Shown here: one piece after another, positions 8,782 to 18,187 of the stretch | Layout: every line of letters starts with the position of its first letter | How positions within the stretch are numbered: the stretch's first letter is position 1 | Origin: Candidatus Gottesmanbacteria bacterium | GTDB taxonomy: Bacteria; Patescibacteriota; Microgenomatia; UBA10105; UBA927 | DNA: 64,000 nt | Assembly: GCA_030679255.1 (NCBI GenBank) | Contig: JAUXTO010000013.1 | Coordinates: 18,696 to 82,695, forward strand | Direction of reading: 5' to 3' | Made by a program: the position numbers and the translations under genes | The notes under the pieces: generated by a model | Databases searched by the model: none | What the model saw: the letters and a program-made list of their open reading frames with translations, nothing else | Told to the model about the DNA's origin: nothing

Positions 8782-9567
8782 CTATTTCGCCAATTCTCCA
8801 AAAAAATCCAACCTATCTGCCTGCTTTTCATCAAAGAGAAACGGCCGGAGTTTAATTTTATACCGCGAAAGCGATGAATATTCCAAGTCAAATTTCTTCC
8901 GTGCTCTATCCATTATATCAACCGGTATATGATTTGTTTTGGCAAAAGTTAGGTCTGGTTTGATCCCACGGGATAGAAGCCAAACGAGATCATATAAATC
9001 GCGAGGTTGGGTTTCCCCTCTTCCTACATACGCTGCTAACTTTTCTACCATCATCTGCTCAAGCGATTTGGTGACAACTGTGGCCAAAAAGCCATAACGA
9101 TTCACGAAAACCGTTTCCCGTATTTGTCCCCGCCAAGAGTATTCAATGTCCAGTTTAATCATCAATTTTTCATCTTTATTAGGACTCAGCTGAAGCTGAG
9201 TGAGTAATCCCGGAAAACGCAATTCGAAATAGCTTCTCTTTATCGTCTTATTTCGATGGAGTTCTACAGTAATATCCTCCTGCTGTAGCCTCTGGAGTAC
9301 GATATTCACGAGTAGGTGTACTTGAGGGGAAGGTATTCCGACCGCATCAAAATCCAAATCCTCGGAAAAGCGGTCAAGTCCGCGTAATATTCGGAGTGCT
9401 GTTCCACCGACAAAAAAAAGGTTTTGAGAAATTTTCTCCTGATAGAGAAACGAGAGAATTTTCGTCTGCAAATACTCCCGCAGAATTGCGCGTCGTTTCT
9501 CCGGGGGCAATCCATACGTCCGGGCAAAACTCAGGATTTCAGTAAAATTGACAATGGCATTATTCAT
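8782..9567 (-). CDS. AbiEii-family nucleotidyltransferase toxin, copy 2
   Basis: FFVGGTALRILRGLDRFSEDLDFD motif. Start taken at the internal Met (MNNAIV..), which gives an ATGA overlap with AbiEi #2. Confidence 0.75.
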   Translation of the reverse strand: MNNAIVNFTEILSFARTYGLPPEKRRAILREYLQTKILSFLYQEKISQNLFFVGGTALRILRGLDRFSEDLDFDAVGIPSPQVHLLVNIVLQRLQQEDITVELHRNKTIKRSYFELRFPGLLTQLQLSPNKDEKLMIKLDIEYSWRGQIRETVFVNRYGFLATVVTKSLEQMMVEKLAAYVGRGETQPRDLYDLVWLLSRGIKPDLTFAKTNHIPVDIMDRARKKFDLEYSSLSRYKIKLRPFLFDEKQADRLDFFGELAK

Positions 9568-10118
9568 GACAGTTTTATTTCCTGTATCCACTTCGGAAAA
9601 TGAACGGCATATTCACGGTATCGTTTCCAGTCCCAATCGTTAAGCTGTAAGCGCATTTCCGGTGAAATGCTCCGTATCCGTCGTAAATAAAAGTAATCCA
9701 AAAGCGCCTTTTCTTTGTACGCTATGGCAAACGGCGTTTGAGAGAAACCAAAAAAAAGTGCACGATCAACTTTGAAATAATGATATACCCCAAACCCCGT
9801 TTCAATTTTTTTCGTAGTAACCGGCGTGACACAACTGACCGCCATGGGAATATCCGGGATAATCCCGTAGTAATTGAGTGCTGTTTCCAAACTGACGTAG
9901 GATGGGAAATAGAGTTGTTCGGCCAACGCAAGTTCGTCAATGGTACTTTTGTCAAAACAATATAATCCCCGCTTAAGCTGAGAAATAAACCCCTTTTTTA
10001 CGAAACGGTAGAGCTGGGTCCTGATCGTCGAAGATTGCTCCGCTGGGAAAAGCTTCGCCACATCTAAAATCCGGAAATAATTTCCCTCAATTTGTTTCCT
10101 TAGATCTAAATACCTCAT
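9564..10118 (-). CDS. AbiEi-family antitoxin, copy 2
   Basis: 184 aa, upstream of and coupled to AbiEii #2. Same architecture as copies 1 and 3. Confidence 0.6.
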   Translation of the reverse strand: MRYLDLRKQIEGNYFRILDVAKLFPAEQSSTIRTQLYRFVKKGFISQLKRGLYCFDKSTIDELALAEQLYFPSYVSLETALNYYGIIPDIPMAVSCVTPVTTKKIETGFGVYHYFKVDRALFFGFSQTPFAIAYKEKALLDYFYLRRIRSISPEMRLQLNDWDWKRYREYAVHFPKWIQEIKLS

Positions 10119-10179
10119 TAACAGATAATATACAAAAATGTCTATTATTTGTCAACAACTAAATAGCACCATTTAGTAA

Positions 10180-10290
10180 CAAAATAATTGAGACTCGGTC
10201 ATCCTTATCTGATCAAATGTTACATTACTATACAAAAATGTACAGTATCCTTACATTGATCACAAGGAGATCTTTAAACACAGCACCATG
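10180..10290. promoter_or_regulatory. Conserved ~100-bp element, copy 2, upstream of AbiEi #2
   Basis: ..atgttacattactatacaaaaatgtacagtatccttacattgatcacaaggagatctttaaacaca is almost identical to 8660-8740. Confidence 0.5.
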
Positions 10291-10378
10291 GAATATGCCC
10301 ATCTTCTTCTAGGACATTTACATCAAATCTTTTTGGCATAAAATCGGACGGCCTCCTTACTTTTTTTGAGACGAATCC

Positions 10379-11098
10379 TCAACTGTTTCGCTCGATCTCC
10401 CTTTCTAAAGCATTACGGAAGTCCCGGATCATCAAAATCTGGCTCTTTGGAAGAAACAGTGACAGCTCTCTGTCAAAACTCAATGTAGTCTTAGATAGTA
10501 ATTGCTTCACTTTATATAACTGTTTTTTTTGGTCAGGTGTAAGTAAATTCGCCCGTAATAAAAAATATATGTCATAAAAATCACGAGCCTTCTGACGGTC
10601 AAATAATGCATGAAACTTACCTTCAATTAAATTGAAGGTAGATAAACTTTTTACGGGATAGAGAGAAACAAAATCATTTTCAACAGTAAATATCTCACCA
10701 GGTACAACATCTTTTCGAAACGATATTTCTAAGTGAATAGTAATAGGCTGACCAATATTTTTAAATAGTACAATACAAAGATAACCACCGCTAGTGGTTT
10801 TACTCTCTTTGATGTCTACCTCAATTCCTTCACGTGAGACATCGATGAGCGTCTCCTGCAAAATGTTTTCCCATATGCCACTGGTATGCACAGTAGTGTC
10901 AAAATCTAAATCCTCAGAAAAACGGGGGCTTCTATAGAGTAGTCGAAGTGCAGTTCCTCCTTTAAAATATAAATCTTTTGCTTCCGGTTTTTGGAAAAGA
11001 TAACTTAAGAGCACATGTTGTCCATATTCCCGATTTATATTTATATCCGGAGTTTGATATTTGATAGCAAGTTTTTGTAAATATGATGAACTAAGCAT
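10379..11098 (-). CDS. AbiEii-family nucleotidyltransferase toxin, copy 3 (more divergent)
   Basis: YFKGGTALRLLYRSPRFSEDLDFD motif. Confidence 0.75.
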   Translation of the reverse strand: MLSSSYLQKLAIKYQTPDININREYGQHVLLSYLFQKPEAKDLYFKGGTALRLLYRSPRFSEDLDFDTTVHTSGIWENILQETLIDVSREGIEVDIKESKTTSGGYLCIVLFKNIGQPITIHLEISFRKDVVPGEIFTVENDFVSLYPVKSLSTFNLIEGKFHALFDRQKARDFYDIYFLLRANLLTPDQKKQLYKVKQLLSKTTLSFDRELSLFLPKSQILMIRDFRNALEREIERNS

Positions 11099-11100
11099 AG

Positions 11101-11697
11101 TTATTTATCAAACACCTTGGCTACTAAAGCATTTAGAGATTTACTGGCGAAAAGCTTTGTATATATTTTTACCTTGTTTACATCAACAGTTGATAGGTCA
11201 AGGCGCTCTGACAGTGCTCTTCTCCCGAGTGAAACCGCATAGAGATAATCGACAATAGCTTTTTCCGGATCTGCAATAAAAAATCTTTTATGATCTGCTA
11301 CTTTCATTTCATATCCTGTATATGCACGAAGTTTAATAGTGGTATAGCGAAAACTTTTTGAATCAACCATATATTCCCGGGTAGGCTTCGTGGTAGCTGA
11401 AGTTATGGTGTAGACCATATCAGGTAAAATATTGTAATAAGCAAGTGCAAATTCAAATGATAGATATGAAGGGCGGTAAAGTTGATTAGCGATTTCCAAC
11501 TCAGAAGGTGGGTCAGTTTTCAGATAATACATCCCCCGTTTAGCCTGGATAAATAATCCATTCTCAGTACCTTTTTGGAGATAATACAGTGTTTGTCTGT
11601 TCGATAAAGAAAGCAATACGCCAAACTCCCGCGCTGAAAATATTGGGAGATGCTTGGCTAACAATGTATCTCTTATGCCTAAAAATGATGTTTTCAT
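11101..11697 (-). CDS. AbiEi-family antitoxin, copy 3
   Basis: 198 aa, immediately upstream of AbiEii #3, with a 2-nt gap. Confidence 0.6.
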   Translation of the reverse strand: MKTSFLGIRDTLLAKHLPIFSAREFGVLLSLSNRQTLYYLQKGTENGLFIQAKRGMYYLKTDPPSELEIANQLYRPSYLSFEFALAYYNILPDMVYTITSATTKPTREYMVDSKSFRYTTIKLRAYTGYEMKVADHKRFFIADPEKAIVDYLYAVSLGRRALSERLDLSTVDVNKVKIYTKLFASKSLNALVAKVFDK

Positions 11698-11931
11698 TTC
11701 ATTTATTACTTAAATATAGGTAATTACTGAAATGAGTATATCCCACTAGATAGATTTTGTCAACTATATCCATGCCTTGACAAAAAAACCAGACAGGCAC
11801 GCTTTTTTCGTTTCATAGTCCTATGAAGTCGTTTGCCCGTAGAAACTTTTCTTCATTGTGGGCAGGCGATGATGTGAGGGAGATCCGATTTCTTGAATAA
11901 ATTCGATGTCATCTAAAACTTGACTCACCGT

Positions 11932-13242
11932 TTATTCTCTTGAGAGAGTAGTCGAAAGCCACTTCCATAATGGTGTGTAAATGATTTCTATACCATTCAT
12001 AATACTAACCCCTTCCACGTCCCATGTAATCAATTGCCCGGATGATTGACCAAGCGATTTGGCAGCCTTTATAAGTGCCCTCGTCTCCCGTTCCGGTACT
12101 TCAGGCATGCTTGAAGCGAACGTTACCTGTATAAGTTCCTTTACGGTTTTATTATGCAATAGAACAAAATCAACTTCGTGATCTGAATAATCTTTCCAGT
12201 ACGCCACGTCATATCGGGGATCCCACGTGCTTCGTATATGTAATGCATGGAATACAGCCTGCTCCATCATGTATCCAAAATTTGTTGATACCGTGCTACT
12301 GAAATGAGAGGAAAAATAATTATCTACCAGATACGACTTCTTCACTGTTTGTATTCTTTTTTTTACATTTGCAGAAAATACCTCAAGACGGGCAATAAAA
12401 AATGACCACTCCAGCCAGTGCATGTATCGAATAACGGTCGCTTTACTTATTGCGTGTCCCGTCCCCTTGAGAGAGTTTGCTAATTTGGAATATGTATAGC
12501 TTCTCGTATTCGGCAACAAGCGTAATAAATCAGTAAACGCCTCTTTATTGCGCAGCTTATACCGGTCTACTATATCCCGATCTACAAAAGAAGAAAAGTA
12601 ATCCGCCAAAATGAGCGGCCGCAACCCTTCCTCTGCAAGCACTATCTCCGGCAGACCGCCAAACAATAGATATTCACGTAAAAGATTAAGAACGTGAGCA
12701 TGGGACACGCTCTGTATATCTACATCACGGAAACGCAAAAATTCATTCCAGTTCAAAGGAAACATGGGAATTGTAATGGTTTGTCCTCGAAGTTCTGTGG
12801 GAATCTCGCGCGAGGAAAGTTTTGAAGACGAACCGGAAAGAACAAGCCGGTGCTGTGTCGTCTCGTTTATTCGCCGTGCCCACATACTCCACTGGGGTAT
12901 CTCCTGTATCTCATCCATTAAAAGTACAAATGACTGGTTACCTTTTAGTTCCGTAAGTAAATCGGGAAGCATACTCAAAATCTCTGTTTTTTTCGGTACG
13001 CGCTCATCCTCAAAGTTTATATAGACACAACGTTCTTTCCCGTATTTTTGCGCAAAATCAAGAAGGCTGAATGTCTTCCCCACTCGTCTAAAACCGACGA
13101 CGGATACAATTTTTCGGACGTTAGGATCAAAATATGAGACTAAATTCACATCACGGGATTTTATTACGGGTAAGGGATTATTCCACCAATTCCTCACGAG
13201 GTCATTCAAAAGTTGTTTCATAATCGAATGTCTATGATACAA
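11932..13242 (-). CDS. AAA+ ATPase of the DUF4143/AAA_14 type
   Basis: P-loop VGFRRVGKTFSL, Walker B LLMDEIQ. 436 aa. The common stand-alone ATP-binding-protein family. Confidence 0.75.
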   Translation of the reverse strand: MYHRHSIMKQLLNDLVRNWWNNPLPVIKSRDVNLVSYFDPNVRKIVSVVGFRRVGKTFSLLDFAQKYGKERCVYINFEDERVPKKTEILSMLPDLLTELKGNQSFVLLMDEIQEIPQWSMWARRINETTQHRLVLSGSSSKLSSREIPTELRGQTITIPMFPLNWNEFLRFRDVDIQSVSHAHVLNLLREYLLFGGLPEIVLAEEGLRPLILADYFSSFVDRDIVDRYKLRNKEAFTDLLRLLPNTRSYTYSKLANSLKGTGHAISKATVIRYMHWLEWSFFIARLEVFSANVKKRIQTVKKSYLVDNYFSSHFSSTVSTNFGYMMEQAVFHALHIRSTWDPRYDVAYWKDYSDHEVDFVLLHNKTVKELIQVTFASSMPEVPERETRALIKAAKSLGQSSGQLITWDVEGVSIMNGIEIIYTPLWKWLSTTLSRE

Positions 13243-13273
13243 TATTCATTAATCCTGTATTATAGTATCAATT

Positions 13274-13363
13274 CTACACACGATTGTCAATAATCCCAAC
13301 GTTCTCCCCCAGAAGCTTTTCTTCGTTATAGCAGGCGATGAGAGAGAGGTCAACGTGCTTCAT
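13274..13363 (-). pseudogene. Remnant of the GT2 (6566-7297) N-terminus
   Basis: Minus-strand translation MKHVDLSLIACYNEEKLLGENVGIIDNRV*, versus the intact gene [19 protein letters not shown]. Nucleotides 13321-13374 align to 7251-7304. Confidence 0.7.
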
Positions 13364-13376
13364 TCGTTAAATCTTT

Positions 13377-13511
13377 CTATTTGGTCGCATATTTCAGAGC
13401 AGAATACAATTTGGCGCCACTATATCCTGCAACTTGTTGTGATAAATCCGAAACCAAATAAACAGTTTGACGGGAATTTTTACCTATGGATAACGATTTT
13501 ATATACCCCAT
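13377..13511 (-). pseudogene. Truncated AbiEi N-terminal remnant (44 codons then stop)
   Basis: Translates MGYIKSLSIGKNSRQTVYLVSDLSQQVAGYSGAKLYSALKYATK*, nearly identical to the first 44 aa of AbiEi #1. 13380-13560 aligns to 8441-8620. Confidence 0.75.
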
Positions 13512-13559
13512 ATCACCCTGAGGTGTAAATTATTTCCATTTCCACGTCAAGAGAATCTA

Positions 13560-13660
13560 TTTAAAATTGAGACTTAGTCGTCCTTATATGATCAAGTGTT
13601 AGCTTACTATACATAAATGTACATTATCGTGACACTGATCACACGAAAATCTTTCCATGT
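13560..13660. promoter_or_regulatory. Conserved ~100-bp element, copy 3 (orphan, upstream of the AbiEi remnant)
   Basis: Aligns to 8620-8740 with a few substitutions. Confidence 0.5.
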
Positions 13661-13746
13661 AGTAGCTAGTCTTCATTGTAGCAGGCGGTGATGAGAGAGA
13701 TCCGATTTCTTCATTTGACCGATTGTAACATACGACCAAATCCAAA

Positions 13747-14781
13747 TTGTTCGTTAATAATTCCATACTTCAGATATTTACAATAATCATCTATCTTTAT
13801 TTGACTATGATATCATACCGTGGCTCATCAGCTAACAATGATTTCCGTTCTTTATTATTTTCTTGTTTGCATTACAATTCTTGTATGAGAGAATATTTCC
13901 GAAAGATAGGCATACATAAACCTAATTTCCTTCTTTGCATGGATTTTGAGACAGCAATATCTTCACGAAAAATACACCAAGAAAACTTCAGTATCAATAA
14001 ATTGCGGGATTTGGATAACGGTGACACACTCAAAGCGCTTGAAACCATTTTAAATATTTTAAAAAAATACAATCAAACCATTACGTTTTTTATTGTTTTC
14101 AAGCTGGAAAAAATTTATCCTGGTATTATAAATAAAATTCTTTCTCACGGACATGAGGTCGGGTGGCACGGATACTCGCACTCTTTTCTAAACGATAAAT
14201 TTATACTTAAAAAAGAACTTGACGAATCATATTCTCTTATAAAAAAATATAATATACAGGGTTTTCAAGCTCCTAATATTACTTTTTTTAAGGCTGGATA
14301 TCCTCTTTTAAAGAGATACGGACTGCGCTATTCTTCATCAATTTACGGTAATTCATCAGCTCTATATAATTTTGATGGAATTCTGGAAATTCCTGTGTCC
14401 GTTTCAAACAGCTCTCATGATCCCGACCCGAAAGAAATATCATTTCCTGTCAATCTTTCACCAGTTAATTTACTTAAATTGGGAATCCCTTTTGGATCAA
14501 GTTATTTCTGGAGTCTATTAGGGCATAAATATTATTCAAAAAAACTTGACATTGCGAAAAAAGAGAATAGAACCGTAAATCTTTTTATACATAACTGGCA
14601 GTTATATTCATCTAATAGATTGAATAAAATACGGACTGACGAAAGGATCGGCCTTTTTGCCAATCCCCTCTTTTATCCGTATAAGATAAATGTCATGAAT
14701 ATGTTTGAAAATCTTCTCTCAAAGTATAAATTTACCAGATGTATCGACTACATCAAAATGATAAAAAGCTATGAAAAATAA
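13747..14781 (+). CDS. Polysaccharide deacetylase / CE4 (NodB-fold)-like protein; possible sugar deformylase or deacetylase
   Basis: LLCMDFETA (TFDDG-position motif), HEVGWHGYSH (HxxxH), FQAPNITF (RxPY-like). AT-rich. The true start is probably an internal Met (13807 or 13885); the first ~20 codons look non-coding. Confidence 0.55.
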   Translation: MFVNNSILQIFTIIIYLYLTMISYRGSSANNDFRSLLFSCLHYNSCMREYFRKIGIHKPNFLLCMDFETAISSRKIHQENFSINKLRDLDNGDTLKALETILNILKKYNQTITFFIVFKLEKIYPGIINKILSHGHEVGWHGYSHSFLNDKFILKKELDESYSLIKKYNIQGFQAPNITFFKAGYPLLKRYGLRYSSSIYGNSSALYNFDGILEIPVSVSNSSHDPDPKEISFPVNLSPVNLLKLGIPFGSSYFWSLLGHKYYSKKLDIAKKENRTVNLFIHNWQLYSSNRLNKIRTDERIGLFANPLFYPYKINVMNMFENLLSKYKFTRCIDYIKMIKSYEK

Positions 14782-15586
14782 GCGTCTTTACTTTGTTCTG
14801 GCTGACGAAAATCTATTTCATCCCCATTACTTATCCAGCGTAATAAACAATCTTCCTACTGACTGGAAAGTGACAGGAATAACCGTGCTAAAAGAACATT
14901 ATAAAAAAGGGTTTATTTTCTATCTATTTCGGCAATATTCACTGTGGGGTTTACTGGGTTTTGTTTCACTCACACTCGCGACAATGTTGAAAACATTATT
15001 GAATATATTAAAACTGACAAACGAGTCATCCATTGAGAGAGTTGCTGTCAGAAATAATATACCTTTGATAAAAATCGACAATGTAAATAATAGTAGACAT
15101 CTTAGTTACCTAAAGACTAAACACATTGATATTTTAATTTCCTCATGCGGACAGATATTTAAAGCTGAAATATTGAAAGTTCCGAAAATAGCCTGTATAA
15201 ACCGCCATACAGGATTATTGCCCAAATACGGAGGTTCTCTTCCTGTTTTTTGGGCAATGTATAACAATGAAAAAAAATTCGGTGTTAGTGTTCATATTAT
15301 GGTTGAGAAAATTGATGAGGGGGACGTGATTTCACAGGAAGTTATAGAAAATAAAGACGGAAATACCTTATTCACTAATTATGTTTTCGGATTCAAGTGG
15401 AGTGTCACAGCAACTCTAACTGCTTTACATAACATTACTACAGGAAAATTTGAAAAACGTTTCAATCCGAAAGAGAAACTGTATTTTCGCTTTCCTGAAG
15501 TTGAAACCATACGGGATTTCAGAAAAAAACACATAACTTTCTCTGTATCGGATGCTACATATCTCTTCACTAGTATCCTTCGTTGA
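14771..15586 (+). CDS. Formyltransferase-family protein (sugar N-formyltransferase-like, N-domain only)
   Basis: NRHTGLLPKYGGSLPVFWAM and HIMVEKIDEGDVISQ match the Fmt/ArnA-N/PurN fold signature (N-x-H-x-S-LLP..G ; H-x-M-x-x-x-D-x-G-x-I). Confidence 0.65.
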   Translation: MKNKRLYFVLADENLFHPHYLSSVINNLPTDWKVTGITVLKEHYKKGFIFYLFRQYSLWGLLGFVSLTLATMLKTLLNILKLTNESSIERVAVRNNIPLIKIDNVNNSRHLSYLKTKHIDILISSCGQIFKAEILKVPKIACINRHTGLLPKYGGSLPVFWAMYNNEKKFGVSVHIMVEKIDEGDVISQEVIENKDGNTLFTNYVFGFKWSVTATLTALHNITTGKFEKRFNPKEKLYFRFPEVETIRDFRKKHITFSVSDATYLFTSILR

Positions 15587-15621
15587 AAATGGACAAAGAG
15601 AAACTTTCTGCCTCTTGAACC

Positions 15622-17019
15622 ATGCCTCCTGCTTCAATCGCTAAACCGCTCGTATCTAAAAACATTCCATTGTTGTTGCGCAGATCTCTCGCCCAGTCCA
15701 GATCGTCTTTTACGATAGGCCGAAGCGATATCTTCGTAACTCATAACAATAGTAACGCCTGGTTATACTCTAACGATCATGATTCTGGTACAATCGCCCC
15801 TAGGGCAGTCATCAATGCTATGAAAAATATCTGGAAATTCCATGTGTTTACCGCAGAACTTCCATACGAAAAAGACCAAATTGTTACTCTGTTTCTACGT
15901 GAACGATTTGAGAGAGTTGATTCATTCATTATGAGTTTAGGACAAATGTCCACCTTGCCGCCAAGCAAGCTATCTACATACCTCAGAGGGAAACTTGTGA
16001 ACGAAAAAACATATACTAAAAACGATCTTAACACTGAAGGCCTCAAACTCTATTTTATCTATATTCCGAAAGCACTCCTATCAGTGATACTTGACATGCT
16101 TCGAGCACTCAAAACCATCAACTTTACCTGTGACATTTTCTTTGCCCAACATTTCTTGGCTGCGTTTGTTGCAATAATCCTTAAAAAAACTGGTTTTCTC
16201 CACTGCCAAAAAATTATTTTTTGGATGTTTGATTTCTTTCCTGTTCCCCCAGAGTTTCCTCGAGGCCTCTATTATCGGGGAATGGATGCAATACACGGAT
16301 TTATTCGAAAACATCTAGATGAAATTTGGTATGCTACCCCAAGACTCTTGGAATGTGATAAAGAACGATTTGGCCCGCTTCCAAAATCTGTACAAGTTCG
16401 TCTCACGCATGGGTGTTTTTTCAGGAGAATCCCAACGCCAAAACCGCCCACCCCGCCCCCGCTTCGTCTGGCATTCCTTGGCTCAATCCGTCGCAACAAC
16501 GCAATATATGAAACCATTGATACCGTCCGCAATTGTATTGACCACGGCATGGATGTAGAGCTTCACATCATCGGATCTGGACCGGAAGAAATCCGCGTAA
16601 AAGAATACGTAAAACGCTATGCGTTATCCCATGCTATAACATTTTATGGCTTTGAGGATCGGGGTGAAAAAATTTCTAAAATTTTATCGAAATGTCATCT
16701 TGGTTTAGCGTTATACTCGGCCGATCCATATGGGCCGAACTGGTACCTAACATCAGGAAAATTTAGGCGCTACATAAGCCAATATCTGCCAGTTATTACC
16801 ACATCCGTTCCATATTTTGCAAAGTATATCCATGATTATCACGCGGGGCTAATTGTCGATAACGATTCTGATGAGATAAGACGGACACTCCTGCCAATCT
16901 ACAACAATCCTTCACTCCTTAACAATATGCGCTCCGGCGTGGATAAGCTGTATGATATGTACAAAGCTGATACAATATTAGAGAAAGCCTTCCGTGACAT
17001 GCTCTCTGCTAAAAGATGA
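15622..17019 (+). CDS. Glycosyltransferase (GT4-like GT-B). Paralog of 35678-36811 and 38782-39957.
   Basis: C-terminal block LGLALYSADPYGPNWYLTSGKFRRYISQYLPVITTSVPYFAKYIHDYHAGLIVD is shared with the other two. The N-terminal ~65 codons are low-complexity; the real start is probably Met at about 15820. Confidence 0.6.
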   Translation: MPPASIAKPLVSKNIPLLLRRSLAQSRSSFTIGRSDIFVTHNNSNAWLYSNDHDSGTIAPRAVINAMKNIWKFHVFTAELPYEKDQIVTLFLRERFERVDSFIMSLGQMSTLPPSKLSTYLRGKLVNEKTYTKNDLNTEGLKLYFIYIPKALLSVILDMLRALKTINFTCDIFFAQHFLAAFVAIILKKTGFLHCQKIIFWMFDFFPVPPEFPRGLYYRGMDAIHGFIRKHLDEIWYATPRLLECDKERFGPLPKSVQVRLTHGCFFRRIPTPKPPTPPPLRLAFLGSIRRNNAIYETIDTVRNCIDHGMDVELHIIGSGPEEIRVKEYVKRYALSHAITFYGFEDRGEKISKILSKCHLGLALYSADPYGPNWYLTSGKFRRYISQYLPVITTSVPYFAKYIHDYHAGLIVDNDSDEIRRTLLPIYNNPSLLNNMRSGVDKLYDMYKADTILEKAFRDMLSAKR

Positions 17020-17026
17020 AATCATC

Positions 17027-18187
17027 ATGATCACAAAACAACCTTTAATACCGGTTTTTCAACCAAATTACGACAAAAAAGAAATCGAGGCAGTAAGCCA
17101 GGTTCTCAAATCCGGATGGATAGGGCTTGGACCCAAAACGGAAGAATTTGAGAAGCGATTCGCGGAATATGTAGGTGCACCTTACGCAATTGCACTCAAT
17201 TCAGCAACTGCCGCTCTTCACCTCTCGCTCCTTGCTGCAGGTATCGGCAAGGGAGACGAGGTTATCATCCCCTCCCTCACATTCGTTTCCACCGCTCATG
17301 CAGTATTATACGTCGGAGCCAAACCGATATTTGCTGATATTGAGCGCGACACGCTCTGCATTGATCCCGCTGACGTAATCAAAAAAATCACCAAACGAAC
17401 CCGCGCTATCATCCCCGTCCACTACGGTGGACACCCGTGCGACATGGACACTTTAAAAAAAATCGCTGATGAACATCATCTAACTATGATTGAGGATGCT
17501 TCTCATGCGTGCGGTTCTTCATATCATAACGAAAAAATTGGAAGCATCAGTCCCTTTACGTGTTTCAGCTTTCACGCGGTGAAAAACCTGGCTACAGGCG
17601 ATGGTGGGATGATTACCGTCAAAGATAAAACTGTCGCCGATCATCTGCGTCGGCTTCGATGGGTCGGCATCAATAAAGACACATGGGATAGGCTGGAAGA
17701 AGTGTCTGAAGAAGGAGAGAAATCCTACAGAGCATATGGCTGGTATTATGAAGTGGAAGAGTTGGGATACAAATGTCACATGAATGACATAACAGCAGCC
17801 ATCGGCCTTGTGCAACTCCAGAAACTCGAAACCGCCAACACGCTACGACGCTCTCTTGCGGAACGTTACACACGTGAGCTAGAGAAGCTACCAGAAATAA
17901 TCTGTCCGACGGTAAGATCGGGCATGATTACCGCCCAACATAATTATGTCATCCGGTGTAAAGACCGCGACAAACTCCATCTATACCTACGCGATCACGG
18001 AATTTCCTCAGGTGTCCACTATATGCCGGCTCACCTTCATCCGTATTATAAACGGCTGTATCCGGCCGTACGGTTACCAATAACGGACATCGAATGGAAA
18101 AACCTCCTCACACTACCTTTATACCCTGATCTAAACCAAAAAAAACAGGATTACATAGTGAAGAACATAAAGGAGTTCTATTCATGA
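17027..18187 (+). CDS. DegT/DnrJ/EryC1 family sugar aminotransferase, copy 2
   Basis: LKSGWIGLGPKTEEFE, NSATAALHLSL, the DASHA box, FSFHAVKNLATGDGG (Lys present). Start chosen at MITKQPL. Confidence 0.85.
   Translation: MITKQPLIPVFQPNYDKKEIEAVSQVLKSGWIGLGPKTEEFEKRFAEYVGAPYAIALNSATAALHLSLLAAGIGKGDEVIIPSLTFVSTAHAVLYVGAKPIFADIERDTLCIDPADVIKKITKRTRAIIPVHYGGHPCDMDTLKKIADEHHLTMIEDASHACGSSYHNEKIGSISPFTCFSFHAVKNLATGDGGMITVKDKTVADHLRRLRWVGINKDTWDRLEEVSEEGEKSYRAYGWYYEVEELGYKCHMNDITAAIGLVQLQKLETANTLRRSLAERYTRELEKLPEIICPTVRSGMITAQHNYVIRCKDRDKLHLYLRDHGISSGVHYMPAHLHPYYKRLYPAVRLPITDIEWKNLLTLPLYPDLNQKKQDYIVKNIKEFYS

Noticed and set aside
8620-13660. Integron attC sites or gene cassettes (the ~100-bp inverted-repeat elements bounding TA cassettes)
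   Set aside because: No integron integrase or attI is visible in the window. The elements lack clear RYYYAAC/GTTRRRY core sites. They sit upstream (promoter side) of each cassette and not at 3' ends. They are better explained as AbiEi operators that mediated homologous recombination.
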